Part shown: positions 49,644-59,313 of the stretch, piece by piece | Numbering within the stretch: the first letter of the stretch is position 1 | How the letters are laid out: each line of letters begins with the position of its first letter | NCBI GenBank assembly: GCA_019057865.1 | Contig: JAHLWP010000012.1 | Coordinates: 28,544 to 92,543 of the forward strand | Length of the DNA: 64,000 nucleotides | Direction of reading: 5' to 3' | Source: Promethearchaeota archaeon | GTDB lineage: Archaea; Asgardarchaeota; Lokiarchaeia; Sigyniarchaeales; SOKP01 | Notes under the pieces: model-generated | Databases searched by the model: none | Told to the model about the DNA's origin: nothing | The model's input: only the letters and a program-made list of their open reading frames with translations | Position numbers and translations under genes: made by a program

Positions 49644-51455
49644 ATGAAATTTAAAAACTATATTAAAATAAGGAGATTTTTAATAATTTTTATTCTGATG
49701 AGCTTATTTATGAACATATTTAACATATTTATGCTAAATTATGATAATGATCAAACTACATATTCAATAGAAACGGGGTACCAAGGAAAACCTCACACTT
49801 CAGGTGATGTACAACATGAAACACAAAAGATAATCAATCCCACTTTTGAGGATCCAATAGAACCAACCTGGTTTTGGAATGTGCAAGGAGATGATAGAGA
49901 TGTAAAGGCAACCACAGGTCAAAATCAAGCAAATTTTGTTGTTATTGGAGATTTAGGAGAATATGAATTTGCTGAATCACCCGATGAGACATGGGAGGAT
50001 AGCTCAAATCCGGAATGGGGCCCCTTACCTAATCTTGCAATGTATGATAATAATTATAGTACTGATGATGATGGGGCTTTTCTTACTTATACTTGGAGGG
50101 AATCTGTGAGCCAACTAGGACAATTACCTAGCGTACAGTGGAAAAAAACTATTCCCAACATACCAGTTGACATGACAGATTATAATATTCTCTCTGCGTC
50201 ACTTAAGGTGGTATTTAATGCGACAGTGACAGCTGAAGACCATGATGGTGGTGGTATAGACTGCCCTGGTGATGATCCTGTTCCTTTTGATCCAGACTAT
50301 CAATTTTTTAATGGTGATTTTGTAAGATTCTATGTCAGACTTTCAGATCCGAACAATATAACCAGATTAACTCAAGCATATAATCAATCTCGTTATTTGG
50401 GACAAGATGCTCGAGCTGATGGTTATGGAAAAGATCATTTTACAGATAGCATATTATCTCCGTCAGAAAACCGTTTAATTGGAGACTTAGAGGATTTATT
50501 CAGGTTAAATCATACTAGCCTTACAATAATTATAGGAATAAATGTTTTTTGTGAAGATAATGATGATGCTTATGATTGGGATTATTGGGATAAATTAAGA
50601 ATTAAATATGTTAATCTAACATTCATCTATGAGAAAAGGATTGATAAGCGTACTTCCTTATCTTGGAATCAAGAGTTAAGTGAGATTAATGGTACTAATG
50701 TAATAATTAAGAAAGCAAATCTTAGATTCAATTATAAGATTGATCAAAACTGGACTATTGCTTCTGAGTTTTCCCAAATCAAGATTTTAATTAATAATCT
50801 GGAACATAAGGACTCTGTCTATTTAATCGATTATATCTACTCCGATTCATTTCAAGAAGCAAAATTAGGTGGATTTGATCTTGATCCTAAACCCCCACCA
50901 TATGAAAAATTTAATCTTTCAATTCAAGTATATCTTGCAGAAACTTTCGATTTAGATCGGAATATTACTATTTCAATAACAGATGTTTATCTTTACGTTT
51001 CTTGGGTTGAGAACATTCCTGATATCTTTCCAGCTTGGATATTTATCACATCATTAATCATTGCTATTATAGCTACTGTTGGTTTAGGTGGCTATCTTAT
51101 CGCATATCAAAAGATACTAAAATATCCAAAGCCTGTTAGAAAAGTACGAAAATTTAGAAGAACATTAAGAAAAGATAAAATACCTGTAATACCTGTTATT
51201 AGTCAAAAAAATGCATTTAAAGGAGTATACAAACAAGAATTATCTCAAACAGGTAATTTATTAAAGTTAAAACCCGCTGGACAAGAAGGGATACCTGCTA
51301 AATTAAAAGAAGAATCTTCAGCAAAAATCTACTCACCAGATCAAAAAAGCATTAAGGCTATAGCACAAAAATTGAAATCTGATCAATTAATTGCTAAATC
51401 ATTAGAAAAAAAAGAAGAGCTAGATAAGTTAGTTGAGAAAGCCAAAGATAAATAA
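49644..51455 (+). CDS. Single-module paralog of the upstream surface protein
   Basis: Shares DMTDY, GGIDCPGD, CED, KYPKPVRKVRKFRRTLRKDK and SDQLI.KSLEKKEELDKLV. Confidence 0.8.
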   Translation: MKFKNYIKIRRFLIIFILMSLFMNIFNIFMLNYDNDQTTYSIETGYQGKPHTSGDVQHETQKIINPTFEDPIEPTWFWNVQGDDRDVKATTGQNQANFVVIGDLGEYEFAESPDETWEDSSNPEWGPLPNLAMYDNNYSTDDDGAFLTYTWRESVSQLGQLPSVQWKKTIPNIPVDMTDYNILSASLKVVFNATVTAEDHDGGGIDCPGDDPVPFDPDYQFFNGDFVRFYVRLSDPNNITRLTQAYNQSRYLGQDARADGYGKDHFTDSILSPSENRLIGDLEDLFRLNHTSLTIIIGINVFCEDNDDAYDWDYWDKLRIKYVNLTFIYEKRIDKRTSLSWNQELSEINGTNVIIKKANLRFNYKIDQNWTIASEFSQIKILINNLEHKDSVYLIDYIYSDSFQEAKLGGFDLDPKPPPYEKFNLSIQVYLAETFDLDRNITISITDVYLYVSWVENIPDIFPAWIFITSLIIAIIATVGLGGYLIAYQKILKYPKPVRKVRKFRRTLRKDKIPVIPVISQKNAFKGVYKQELSQTGNLLKLKPAGQEGIPAKLKEESSAKIYSPDQKSIKAIAQKLKSDQLIAKSLEKKEELDKLVEKAKDK

Positions 51456-51491
51456 GAATTAGATAGTAACAATTAAAATAAGATATTTATT

Positions 51492-52070
51492 TTATTTACT
51501 TTTAACTTTTTTATTATTCAAACAAGCCAAAATTAAGGCATCATAATAAATACCTTTAAAATTCAAATATTGTTTGAGTGTTCCTTCTTTTATGAACTCA
51601 CATTTTTTAAAAAGAGTTATTGATCTAATATTATCAACCGCGACATGAGCTTCAATGCGATTTAATTTAAGATGATTGAAGGCGATTATTTTAATTAAAT
51701 TTATTGCTTTTTCCCCTATTCCTTGTTTCCAATATTTAGGCACGAGCCAAATACCAATTTCTGCTCGCATGTGGAGCCAGCTTATATTCCAAAGACTGAT
51801 TGAGCCAGCATTATTAATTATATTCCCTTCTTTTATTTGTATTATATAATTATATTGACTAAAATTGTTCCAATATTTAAGATAATTACCAATTAATCTT
51901 TTAGAACTATCAAGTGTCTTTAAAGGGCCTAATGACATGTAATTAGTAATTTCTCTCTGTTTTAAGCTGTTAAAGAGAAATTTAGCATCATTTTTGGAAA
52001 TCTTTCTAAGAAACATATTATTGTCGTTAATTTCCTCAATAACTTCGATATCCTGAAACATAATTTTCAA
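51492..52070 (-). CDS. GNAT N-acetyltransferase, RimJ/RimL family
   Basis: AEIGIWL, YWKQGIG, LNRIEA, NIRS, EGTLKQ. Confidence 0.88.
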   Translation of the reverse strand: MKIMFQDIEVIEEINDNNMFLRKISKNDAKFLFNSLKQREITNYMSLGPLKTLDSSKRLIGNYLKYWNNFSQYNYIIQIKEGNIINNAGSISLWNISWLHMRAEIGIWLVPKYWKQGIGEKAINLIKIIAFNHLKLNRIEAHVAVDNIRSITLFKKCEFIKEGTLKQYLNFKGIYYDALILACLNNKKVKSK

Positions 52071-52143
52071 AAACTAAAAAGTTTCGCATTTTATAAAAAT
52101 TCATTAATATCAATAAAAAAAATAGAAAAAAATTTATATTAAA

Positions 52144-53100
52144 TTATATACCCTTGAAGTGCGGAGTATCTTTTATCTTTCTCCTCCCACCACAATTTTT
52201 ACAGGTACTACCATCTTCCATTTTGCCTTTACCACCACAAACAGGACATTTGATTCTCCGATTAAAAGCTGCAAGTCCCTCTCTAGCATCAAAACTGGTA
52301 AAAACCTCTCCAAAACCCAATTGTTCCATAATCAGACCCAATTGAATATTTCGAGTACCAAATTTAACACATTTTTTAATTATGAATAATGATGTTGTCG
52401 GAGCCTCGCCTAACCACTTAGCTTTTTCATGTAGTAATTTTTCAAATTCTTCGCCAGCAGGAGCTATCCAAGATACTAAACCCCAATCTAACATAGTCTT
52501 AGCACTATGATGTTCTCCAAACATTGACGTTCTTAATGCTCTATTGACTCCAATTCTAGATGCCATTCTCGTGATACCTCCATTAGCTGGAATTATCCCT
52601 CTGTTTATCTCTGGAGTACCAAACTCAGATCTATCAGTAGCAATCACAATATCACAGCATAATACGAGTTCACAACCTCCTCCTAAAGCATATCCATCAA
52701 CTGCTGCAATAATGGGTTTTGGAAACTGTTCTATTTCATCATAATCCCTATGCCTTTTTCTCATTGCTTGACTCATATGCCGAGGGATGGATGGGTTTAA
52801 TCTTGCATCAAACCTCGCAGCTAAATCAGCTCCAACTGAAAATGCTGGTTTTTTCGTAACTTCTTTTGTACCTCGAATTACAACTGCTCTTATTGAATCA
52901 TCAAATTCCATTAGTCTTAATGCGCGTGGTAACTCAGCAACAACGTCATCAGTCAAAGCATTTAATCTATCTGGTCGATTAATTGAAATAACAGCATAAT
53001 TTCCATCAATGGTGCCTTCCCTTATAACATTTCCTTCACTATCTTTTAATTCTGGCCATTCTATATTAATATATTCGAAATTTTCCATTTTAACAAACAC
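52144..53100 (-). CDS. Enoyl-CoA hydratase with C-terminal DnaJ-type zinc-finger insertion
   Basis: NRPDRLNA, FSVGADL, GYALGGGCE, PEI; CPVCGGKG...CKNCGGRR. Confidence 0.88.
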   Translation of the reverse strand: MFVKMENFEYINIEWPELKDSEGNVIREGTIDGNYAVISINRPDRLNALTDDVVAELPRALRLMEFDDSIRAVVIRGTKEVTKKPAFSVGADLAARFDARLNPSIPRHMSQAMRKRHRDYDEIEQFPKPIIAAVDGYALGGGCELVLCCDIVIATDRSEFGTPEINRGIIPANGGITRMASRIGVNRALRTSMFGEHHSAKTMLDWGLVSWIAPAGEEFEKLLHEKAKWLGEAPTTSLFIIKKCVKFGTRNIQLGLIMEQLGFGEVFTSFDAREGLAAFNRRIKCPVCGGKGKMEDGSTCKNCGGRRKIKDTPHFKGI

Positions 53101-53272
53101 TTCCTTTATTAATTCTTTCTTAATTCTATTAATAAGTTAAAAAATTTTGATATCTGAATAATTAGTATTATTTTTTTAACAATTAAAAATTTTCAAATTT
53201 AGATTTGAATAAGTCTTAACTCTAAATAAAAAGAAAAAGATGAAAAATAAAAAAAAATTAAATATTATCAGG

Positions 53273-54448
53273 TTATTTTCGCATTTTAACAAATTCGCCA
53301 GATTTCATTAATTCACATGGTCTAAAGTAATCTTTTCCAGTTTTATCAGCTAATTCTTCTAAAATTTTAGACCATTTTTCGTATTGATTTTTGCCAGCAG
53401 AAAAAGGTCCAGGAGTGTTCATTCCAGCCATGTTCGAATCGTCAATTACCTTGAATCCCGTAACAACCTTCTCTTCTAATAAGCGACAACCTTCGTTCAA
53501 CATAATTGCCATGGAATTTTCAACACTAAACAATCCTGCTTTTTGAGATTTGTCTATTTTAGGTCTGCCTGCTGACCAATCGAAAAATCCTTGAGGCGAC
53601 TTTCGTCCGAGTTTATTCTCTTCGACCATCTTTGTAATAACTTTTCCTGGTTTAAAATCAGGAGATAATGTTTCAGTATAATAATTACCTACATGAAACA
53701 TTGTATCAATGCCGACATAATCCGCGAGTTCACAAGGACCCATTGGCATTAAACCTGCAGCATCAGCATCAATTTGTTCCCATGGTATTCCTTTTTCAGC
53801 GGCTTGATCAAATATCCAATTAAGATAAATTTGAACTGGCGCGTTTAAACGATTAACAATAAATCCAGGACGATCTTTCAATACTTTTGGAACAAATCTT
53901 TTTCCTTTTAAACAAGGTAATGAATTGCTCACTTCAACGCCAATATCCATAGCTTCATCAGAACTTTTTTCTCCGGCAATAATTTCTACTAATCTCATCA
54001 AGATAGGAGGGTTAAAAAAGTGCATACCGATAACTTTCTCTTCTCTCTTTGTAGCCGTAGCAATTTCTGTTATGCTCATAGTGGAGGTATTTGTTGCTAA
54101 AATGCAATTTTCTGGAGCATTTTCATCACAAGTTTTAAATACCTCTTTTTTAACATCCATTTTTTCGATTACTGCCTCAATAACTAAATCAGCATCCTTC
54201 ACAGCAGAAGCTAAATCTATTGTTTTTTTCAACCTTCCCATTATATCAGATGCTTTTACACCCTCTCCAAGTGTTCCTTTTGCTTCTAATTTCTTCAATC
54301 CCTCTTCGATTTTAGCAGCACCATTATTGATAAATTCATCTTTGATATCAACGATCGTTACATTATATCCTGCCATTAATGCGATTTGTGCGACATTATG
54401 GCCCATGAGACCTGCACCAATAACTACAATATTATTTATATCAGCCAT
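53273..54448 (-). CDS. 3-hydroxyacyl-CoA dehydrogenase
   Basis: GAGLMG, EAVIE, ATNTS, GMHFFNP, PGFIVNR, PMGP; duplicated C-terminal domain. Confidence 0.92.
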   Translation of the reverse strand: MADINNIVVIGAGLMGHNVAQIALMAGYNVTIVDIKDEFINNGAAKIEEGLKKLEAKGTLGEGVKASDIMGRLKKTIDLASAVKDADLVIEAVIEKMDVKKEVFKTCDENAPENCILATNTSTMSITEIATATKREEKVIGMHFFNPPILMRLVEIIAGEKSSDEAMDIGVEVSNSLPCLKGKRFVPKVLKDRPGFIVNRLNAPVQIYLNWIFDQAAEKGIPWEQIDADAAGLMPMGPCELADYVGIDTMFHVGNYYTETLSPDFKPGKVITKMVEENKLGRKSPQGFFDWSAGRPKIDKSQKAGLFSVENSMAIMLNEGCRLLEEKVVTGFKVIDDSNMAGMNTPGPFSAGKNQYEKWSKILEELADKTGKDYFRPCELMKSGEFVKMRK

Positions 54449-54565
54449 TTTTAATTTACATCCTTTTAAGTTATATTTATAATAAGTTTTTACAAGTTAT
54501 AAAATAAAAGATTATATATTAATTTTAAACATAAAAATTTATGAAAAATAAGAATCCCTTGTTCA

Positions 54566-54586
54566 AAATCTATAGACTATAGATTT
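54566..54586. promoter_or_regulatory. Perfect 10-1-10 palindrome, candidate transcription-factor operator
   Basis: AAATCTATAG-A-CTATAGATTT in a divergent intergenic region. Confidence 0.5.
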
Positions 54587-54735
54587 CTAATTAGAAGAAA
54601 ATCTTAGAAAATAGTTTTTTTCTATAGTTAATTCATTGAATTAAATTTGTTCTAATAATAAATAGAAATATATAGCCTTTCTTATATATAACTGATAGAA
54701 ATTGATTTTCAACAATTGATATAAAATATATTAGA

Positions 54736-55860
54736 ATGAAATTAGCAAAAATATATGGAATTGAAATAAAGTTACATTTAAGTACTTTATTGATTATAGG
54801 ATTAGTTGGTTTTTACGCTAGTAATTTTTATTTTTCAATATTTCCTAGTGCTTCATTGATTGAATTACTTATTGTTGGAATAATAAGTGGTTTAATTATT
54901 TTATTTTCAATATTAATTCATGAATTAGCACACTCGATTGTTGCACAAAAGTATGGGTTAAAGGTATTAGAAATCGAACTATATTTATTTGGAGGAGTAT
55001 CTAAAATTGAAGAGGAACCAACTACTCCTAAGAGTGAGATGATTATCGCTGTTGTTGGTCCATTGTCAAGTTTAACTATAGGGGTAATATTCTTAACCTT
55101 CATTTATTCGATACCGATTGCTTTACCAGCTTTTATTTTCATTATTTTATTCTACACAGGCATTTCCAATATTAGTTTGGCTATTTTTAATTTAATTCCA
55201 GCATTTCCAATTGATGGTGGAAGAATTCTTAGAGCTTATCTATGGTCTCGAAGAGATAATATAGTATCCGCAACTAAAACAGCTTCAAAAGTAGGGAGCT
55301 TTTTCGCATACGGTCTTATAGCATATGGGATTTTCCAAATTTTTCTATTTGGATTCTTGAATGGTCTTTGGTTAATCATAATTGGCTCATTCCTTAATAA
55401 TCAGACGAAACAATCATATTATAACATTCTAAATGAAATAACTTTGTCTAAAATAAATGCTCGGGATATGATAAGTATGCCTAGATTAGAAATCCCTTTT
55501 GATATGTTAATTAGTGATGCGGTTAGAGAATATTTTATTCTATACAAAAAATCTTATTTCCCGGTAATTCAAGGAGATAAAATAGTTGGCATAATTCATA
55601 TAGATGATATAAAAAAGATTCCATTTGAACTCAGATCAAATTATATAGTAGGTTATGCAATGAGAAATATCACAAATTTTCCCATTATTGATGAGCTAGA
55701 TAATGGGAAAGAAGCTTTAAAACAAATAAGGCATTTAAGGGAAAAACCCTACTTAGTAGCTGTAAAAGATGATAATGGTTATATCTTAGGTCTAATTGGG
55801 CAAGATGAATTATCTCAATCATTGAGATTTTGCCAATTAAATTCTGAAAAATGTTTATAA
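54736..55860 (+). CDS. Site-2 protease (M50) with CBS domains
   Basis: HELAH, FNLIPAFPIDGGR, C-terminal CBS pair. Confidence 0.92.
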   Translation: MKLAKIYGIEIKLHLSTLLIIGLVGFYASNFYFSIFPSASLIELLIVGIISGLIILFSILIHELAHSIVAQKYGLKVLEIELYLFGGVSKIEEEPTTPKSEMIIAVVGPLSSLTIGVIFLTFIYSIPIALPAFIFIILFYTGISNISLAIFNLIPAFPIDGGRILRAYLWSRRDNIVSATKTASKVGSFFAYGLIAYGIFQIFLFGFLNGLWLIIIGSFLNNQTKQSYYNILNEITLSKINARDMISMPRLEIPFDMLISDAVREYFILYKKSYFPVIQGDKIVGIIHIDDIKKIPFELRSNYIVGYAMRNITNFPIIDELDNGKEALKQIRHLREKPYLVAVKDDNGYILGLIGQDELSQSLRFCQLNSEKCL

Positions 55861-55929
55861 AAAGCTTTTTTTTATTCTTTTTAATAATTACTTTATAGTG
55901 AGTTTATAATCTTTAATTCACCAAGTTAT

Positions 55930-56460
55930 TTAAAGGTAAAAATTAAGTTCCTCTATGCAAACGTCCTTCTGTGGATCATTTTCAAGGAATTTAATTTCTA
56001 TTTTTTTTATCTTATCTCCCAATAATTTTTTGAAGGCAGTTTCAAAATAACCCTTATTTACTCTACAAAAAGCCTTTCCATATTTTAGTTTGTCCCGATG
56101 TTTTATTGGTTCACGTAAAAAACAATAATTTTCAATTTCGATTCGAATAATATTCTCATATTGTTCGATTTCTCTTACCTTTATTGAATAAAATTCTCTT
56201 AACTCATTCATTAACATTATAAGCGTTTCAATTATCTCAAAATCATCCTTATTATATTTTTCTTTTAATCTTTTTGATATTGCTTCCCCGGGACCGACGC
56301 CAATTTGGTATAACATAGAAAGGAGACTATTTCTTCCAAAAAGATCTAAAATTTTATATACTATAGACTCAGATATAATTTCAAATCCTTTTAGTGAATC
56401 AATATTTTCTATAGGATTAAATATTTTTTTGTTTATTTCTTCTTTATTATAATCATCCAA
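55930..56460 (-). CDS. V4R-like domain protein
   Basis: LYQIG..PG, CF, FC...GYF, C-terminal Cys pattern. Confidence 0.55.
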   Translation of the reverse strand: MDDYNKEEINKKIFNPIENIDSLKGFEIISESIVYKILDLFGRNSLLSMLYQIGVGPGEAISKRLKEKYNKDDFEIIETLIMLMNELREFYSIKVREIEQYENIIRIEIENYCFLREPIKHRDKLKYGKAFCRVNKGYFETAFKKLLGDKIKKIEIKFLENDPQKDVCIEELNFYL

Positions 56461-56615
56461 TATGTAAATCCCTAATAATTAAGAATTTGTAGAACTAAAA
56501 TCTTATCTTTTACTAATAACAAGAACAAACTTATTCATTAAAAATTTATTTTTTTCGAAATTTTTCAAATTTCAGTTTGTAAATTTATAAAAAAATAAAA
56601 AAAATAAATTTAAGA

Positions 56616-57311
56616 TTATAGTATTGCTGTTTTTCGTTGAAATAAGATAATTCCTAATATAGTTGTGATTAGCCCAAAACCTAAAAGTACAAGAACATCT
56701 GTTCCAATAGCTTCCCATGAAGTAACTCCAGAAACCATAATCAGCCTCATAGCATGGACAGCATATGTTGTTGGAATATAACTTGATACAGGGTTATCCA
56801 TTTCAAAGAATGTACCGCCTAAGAATTGAAGTGGGAGAATAATAAACCATGCTAACCCTCCTGCTGATGATTGAGACTTAGTAAATGTAGCTAGCAGTAA
56901 TCCAAGACCTAAACAAGTGAAAGCGAACAAGAGTGGGATAAGAATTAAAAGCATAATATTTACTCCTGGTGCAAAATATGCTCCAAAAATCATTAATAGA
57001 ATCATTAATAAAGCGACTTGGACTGCATTTATAATTAATTGTGAGAACATGCCTGATAATAAAATGTTTCTCCGAGCTACGGGTGTTGTACTTAGTCTTT
57101 TTAACGTCCCAGTTTCTTTTTCTTCAGCAAAATGCGAAGCTAATTGGCTAATACAAATTGTTACGCCTGCTTTTCTTAATACTTTACAACGTAATTCTCC
57201 ACTTGGTAAAAGGCGACTGTTTGTAGGAATTACTATTGCATCATATTCTGTATTGGTTAAGTCTCCTACAAAAATCTCTATGACCGAATTATTAATAGTT
57301 AATTGGTTCAT
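56616..57311 (-). CDS. Chimeric ORF: ~49 aa macrodomain N-terminus joined in frame to the C-terminal part of an ABC-2 permease
   Basis: IEIFVGDLT...DAIVIPTNSRL...LRKAG then EEKETGTLKRLSTTP...FLGGTFF...PTTYAV. Confidence 0.65.
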   Translation of the reverse strand: MNQLTINNSVIEIFVGDLTNTEYDAIVIPTNSRLLPSGELRCKVLRKAGVTICISQLASHFAEEKETGTLKRLSTTPVARRNILLSGMFSQLIINAVQVALLMILLMIFGAYFAPGVNIMLLILIPLLFAFTCLGLGLLLATFTKSQSSAGGLAWFIILPLQFLGGTFFEMDNPVSSYIPTTYAVHAMRLIMVSGVTSWEAIGTDVLVLLGFGLITTILGIILFQRKTAIL

Positions 57312-57371
57312 TACAAAAATAGACTAAAAAATTGTATTTATATTTTTTTTATTCCAAAGGTGTTGTGAAAT

Positions 57372-57890
57372 TTAAGAACGATCTTCAGATTCATTTATTT
57401 TGAGGATTTTTTTTACAAGCTTTTCTACATTCTTATCCACAATATCCAGAATCCGATTATAATTATTAACACTCGTCTTGTATGGATCAGGAATGTTTAA
57501 ATCGTGTCTATCCGCCCCATTGAATTGCTTTAAAGTAAATAATTTACATTTAAGATTTTCTTTTAAATCTTTAAATTTTTTTCTAAGTTTAATCAAATGG
57601 TATCTTTCCATTCCAATTATAAGATCTTGGTTTTCAATTAACTCTCTTGTAATAACCTTTGGATGAAAATCTTGCATATTGATTCCCTTATTTTTAATAT
57701 AATTTATGGTTTCAGGCTGGGAGTAATCAAAAGCATCATGCCAACCAGCTGAACTAAAGTTAACATCCTTCAGTTGATGCTTATTAGCATAATATTGAGC
57801 AAGGTATTCTGCCGCAGGACTTCTACAAGTATTAGCATAACAGATAAATAAAACATTTTTAATTTTTGGCATCGTACTATTCGCAAACAT
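57372..57890 (-). CDS. LMW phosphatase (LMW-PTP/YwlE/ArsC fold), copy 3
   Basis: CYANTCRSPAAE, DLIIGME, IPDPY. Confidence 0.88.
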   Translation of the reverse strand: MFANSTMPKIKNVLFICYANTCRSPAAEYLAQYYANKHQLKDVNFSSAGWHDAFDYSQPETINYIKNKGINMQDFHPKVITRELIENQDLIIGMERYHLIKLRKKFKDLKENLKCKLFTLKQFNGADRHDLNIPDPYKTSVNNYNRILDIVDKNVEKLVKKILKINESEDRS

Positions 57891-58387
57891 TAATTCGAGT
57901 TCAGTTTATTAATTTCAATAATTCTATTTACTGCTTTATTAACAAAATCATCAATGATTTTGAGGACTTTATTATAAACTGATCTTGATGTATAATATGG
58001 GTCAATTATATCTAAGTCTCTTGTTTCTCCAGCAAATTCTTTTAATGTAAATGTTTTTTTATCTATATCTTTTACATTTGGATAATTGTTTTTAATATCT
58101 CTTGAATGACTATATTCCATTGTTAAAATTAAATCTTGCTTTTCTAACAAATTCTTATTGATGATTTTTGTTATAAAATCCGAAGAATTTATTGCTTTAC
58201 TTTTCAAATAATCATAAGATACTGGTTGCATATAAGAAAAAGCATTAAAAAAGCCAGCACTATCAAAAATAATGTCCTCAAGCTCATCTTTATATCGTTT
58301 CTTAAGTCCTTTTGCTAAATATTCTGCTGCAGGACTCCTTGCTGTATTCCCCATACAAACAAACAAAACATTCTTGATTTTATTCAT
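57890..58387 (-). CDS. LMW phosphatase (LMW-PTP/YwlE/ArsC fold), copy 2
   Basis: CMGNTARSPAAE, DLILTME, IIDPY. Confidence 0.88.
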   Translation of the reverse strand: MNKIKNVLFVCMGNTARSPAAEYLAKGLKKRYKDELEDIIFDSAGFFNAFSYMQPVSYDYLKSKAINSSDFITKIINKNLLEKQDLILTMEYSHSRDIKNNYPNVKDIDKKTFTLKEFAGETRDLDIIDPYYTSRSVYNKVLKIIDDFVNKAVNRIIEINKLNSN

Positions 58388-58895
58388 GGTTCTTATATTC
58401 TGATTTTTTATTTATCTCAATAATTTTTTCAAGTACTATAATTAATCCATCTTCAATTCTTTTAAGAGCTTTATTATATTCTGCTTCTTCATAATAAAAT
58501 GGATCCTCAATTTCTAAATTTTCCTTTTCACTAGCAAAATCTAATAATAAAAAGAGTTTACGATCTAAATCTTTTAAATTTTTAAACCGTCTTTTTAATT
58601 TTCTAATATGCCATTTTTCTTCAAACCCTAAAATTAAATCTTGTTTTTTTATTAATTCTTCGTCAATTCTCTTTGCAACAAAATCATTTACTTCAATTCC
58701 CTTCGATTTTAAATATTTTAAAGTACCTTCCTGAGGTTTTTCATAATAATGAAATAGTCCAGCAGAATCAAAATTAATATCTTTCAATTCTTCTTTAAAT
58801 TTATTATTCTTATACCATTTTGCCAAATATTCCGCAGCTACACTTCTGCAAGTATTGCCACTACAGAGAAACAAAACTCGTTTGATTTTACTCAT
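58380..58895 (-). CDS. LMW phosphatase (LMW-PTP/YwlE/ArsC fold), copy 1
   Basis: CSGNTCRSVAAE, DLILGFE, IEDPF. Confidence 0.88.
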   Translation of the reverse strand: MSKIKRVLFLCSGNTCRSVAAEYLAKWYKNNKFKEELKDINFDSAGLFHYYEKPQEGTLKYLKSKGIEVNDFVAKRIDEELIKKQDLILGFEEKWHIRKLKRRFKNLKDLDRKLFLLLDFASEKENLEIEDPFYYEEAEYNKALKRIEDGLIIVLEKIIEINKKSEYKNHE

Positions 58896-59077
58896 TTTAT
58901 TTTAAAATTTTATCCATTTTATTTTACGTTTCATAGAGTAGGAAAACAAGATATCTTTAATTTATCCTATACCTTAATTTACTAAAAATTAATTAATTCA
59001 AAAAAAAATTATTATTTACTTAAAAAGTGTAAATAAAACAATATTAAATAGCGTTTTAATTTGTAAGGAATAGGAAA

Positions 59078-59205
59078 ATGGGTAATGAGATAGACTTATA
59101 GAATATGAAGAAAGTATTGAATCCTTATTTTCTCCCAAATCTAGTTATACTTTATTAGTAGGAGCTGGGATTTCTATGAATAATATTATAATTTTTAATT
59201 TGTAA
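59078..59205 (+). pseudogene. Remnant 5' end of a SIR2-like domain gene
   Basis: EYEESIESLFSPKSSYTLLVGAGISM then premature TAA; out of frame with ATG 59078. Confidence 0.55.
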
Positions 59206-59313
59206 TTCTAATTTTTTAGAGAATTTTATTAATTTAATAAACAATTATTAATTCCTAAATGTAATTTAGAATAATTATTGATTTAACTAAGGAATTATAA
59301 GTAAGAGATTTAA

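Noticed and set aside
53925-54482. Long antisense ORFs (also 1725..2225, 26732..27157, 56917..57327 and others)
   Set aside because: Shadow frames of well-supported genes on the opposite strand, with no motifs.
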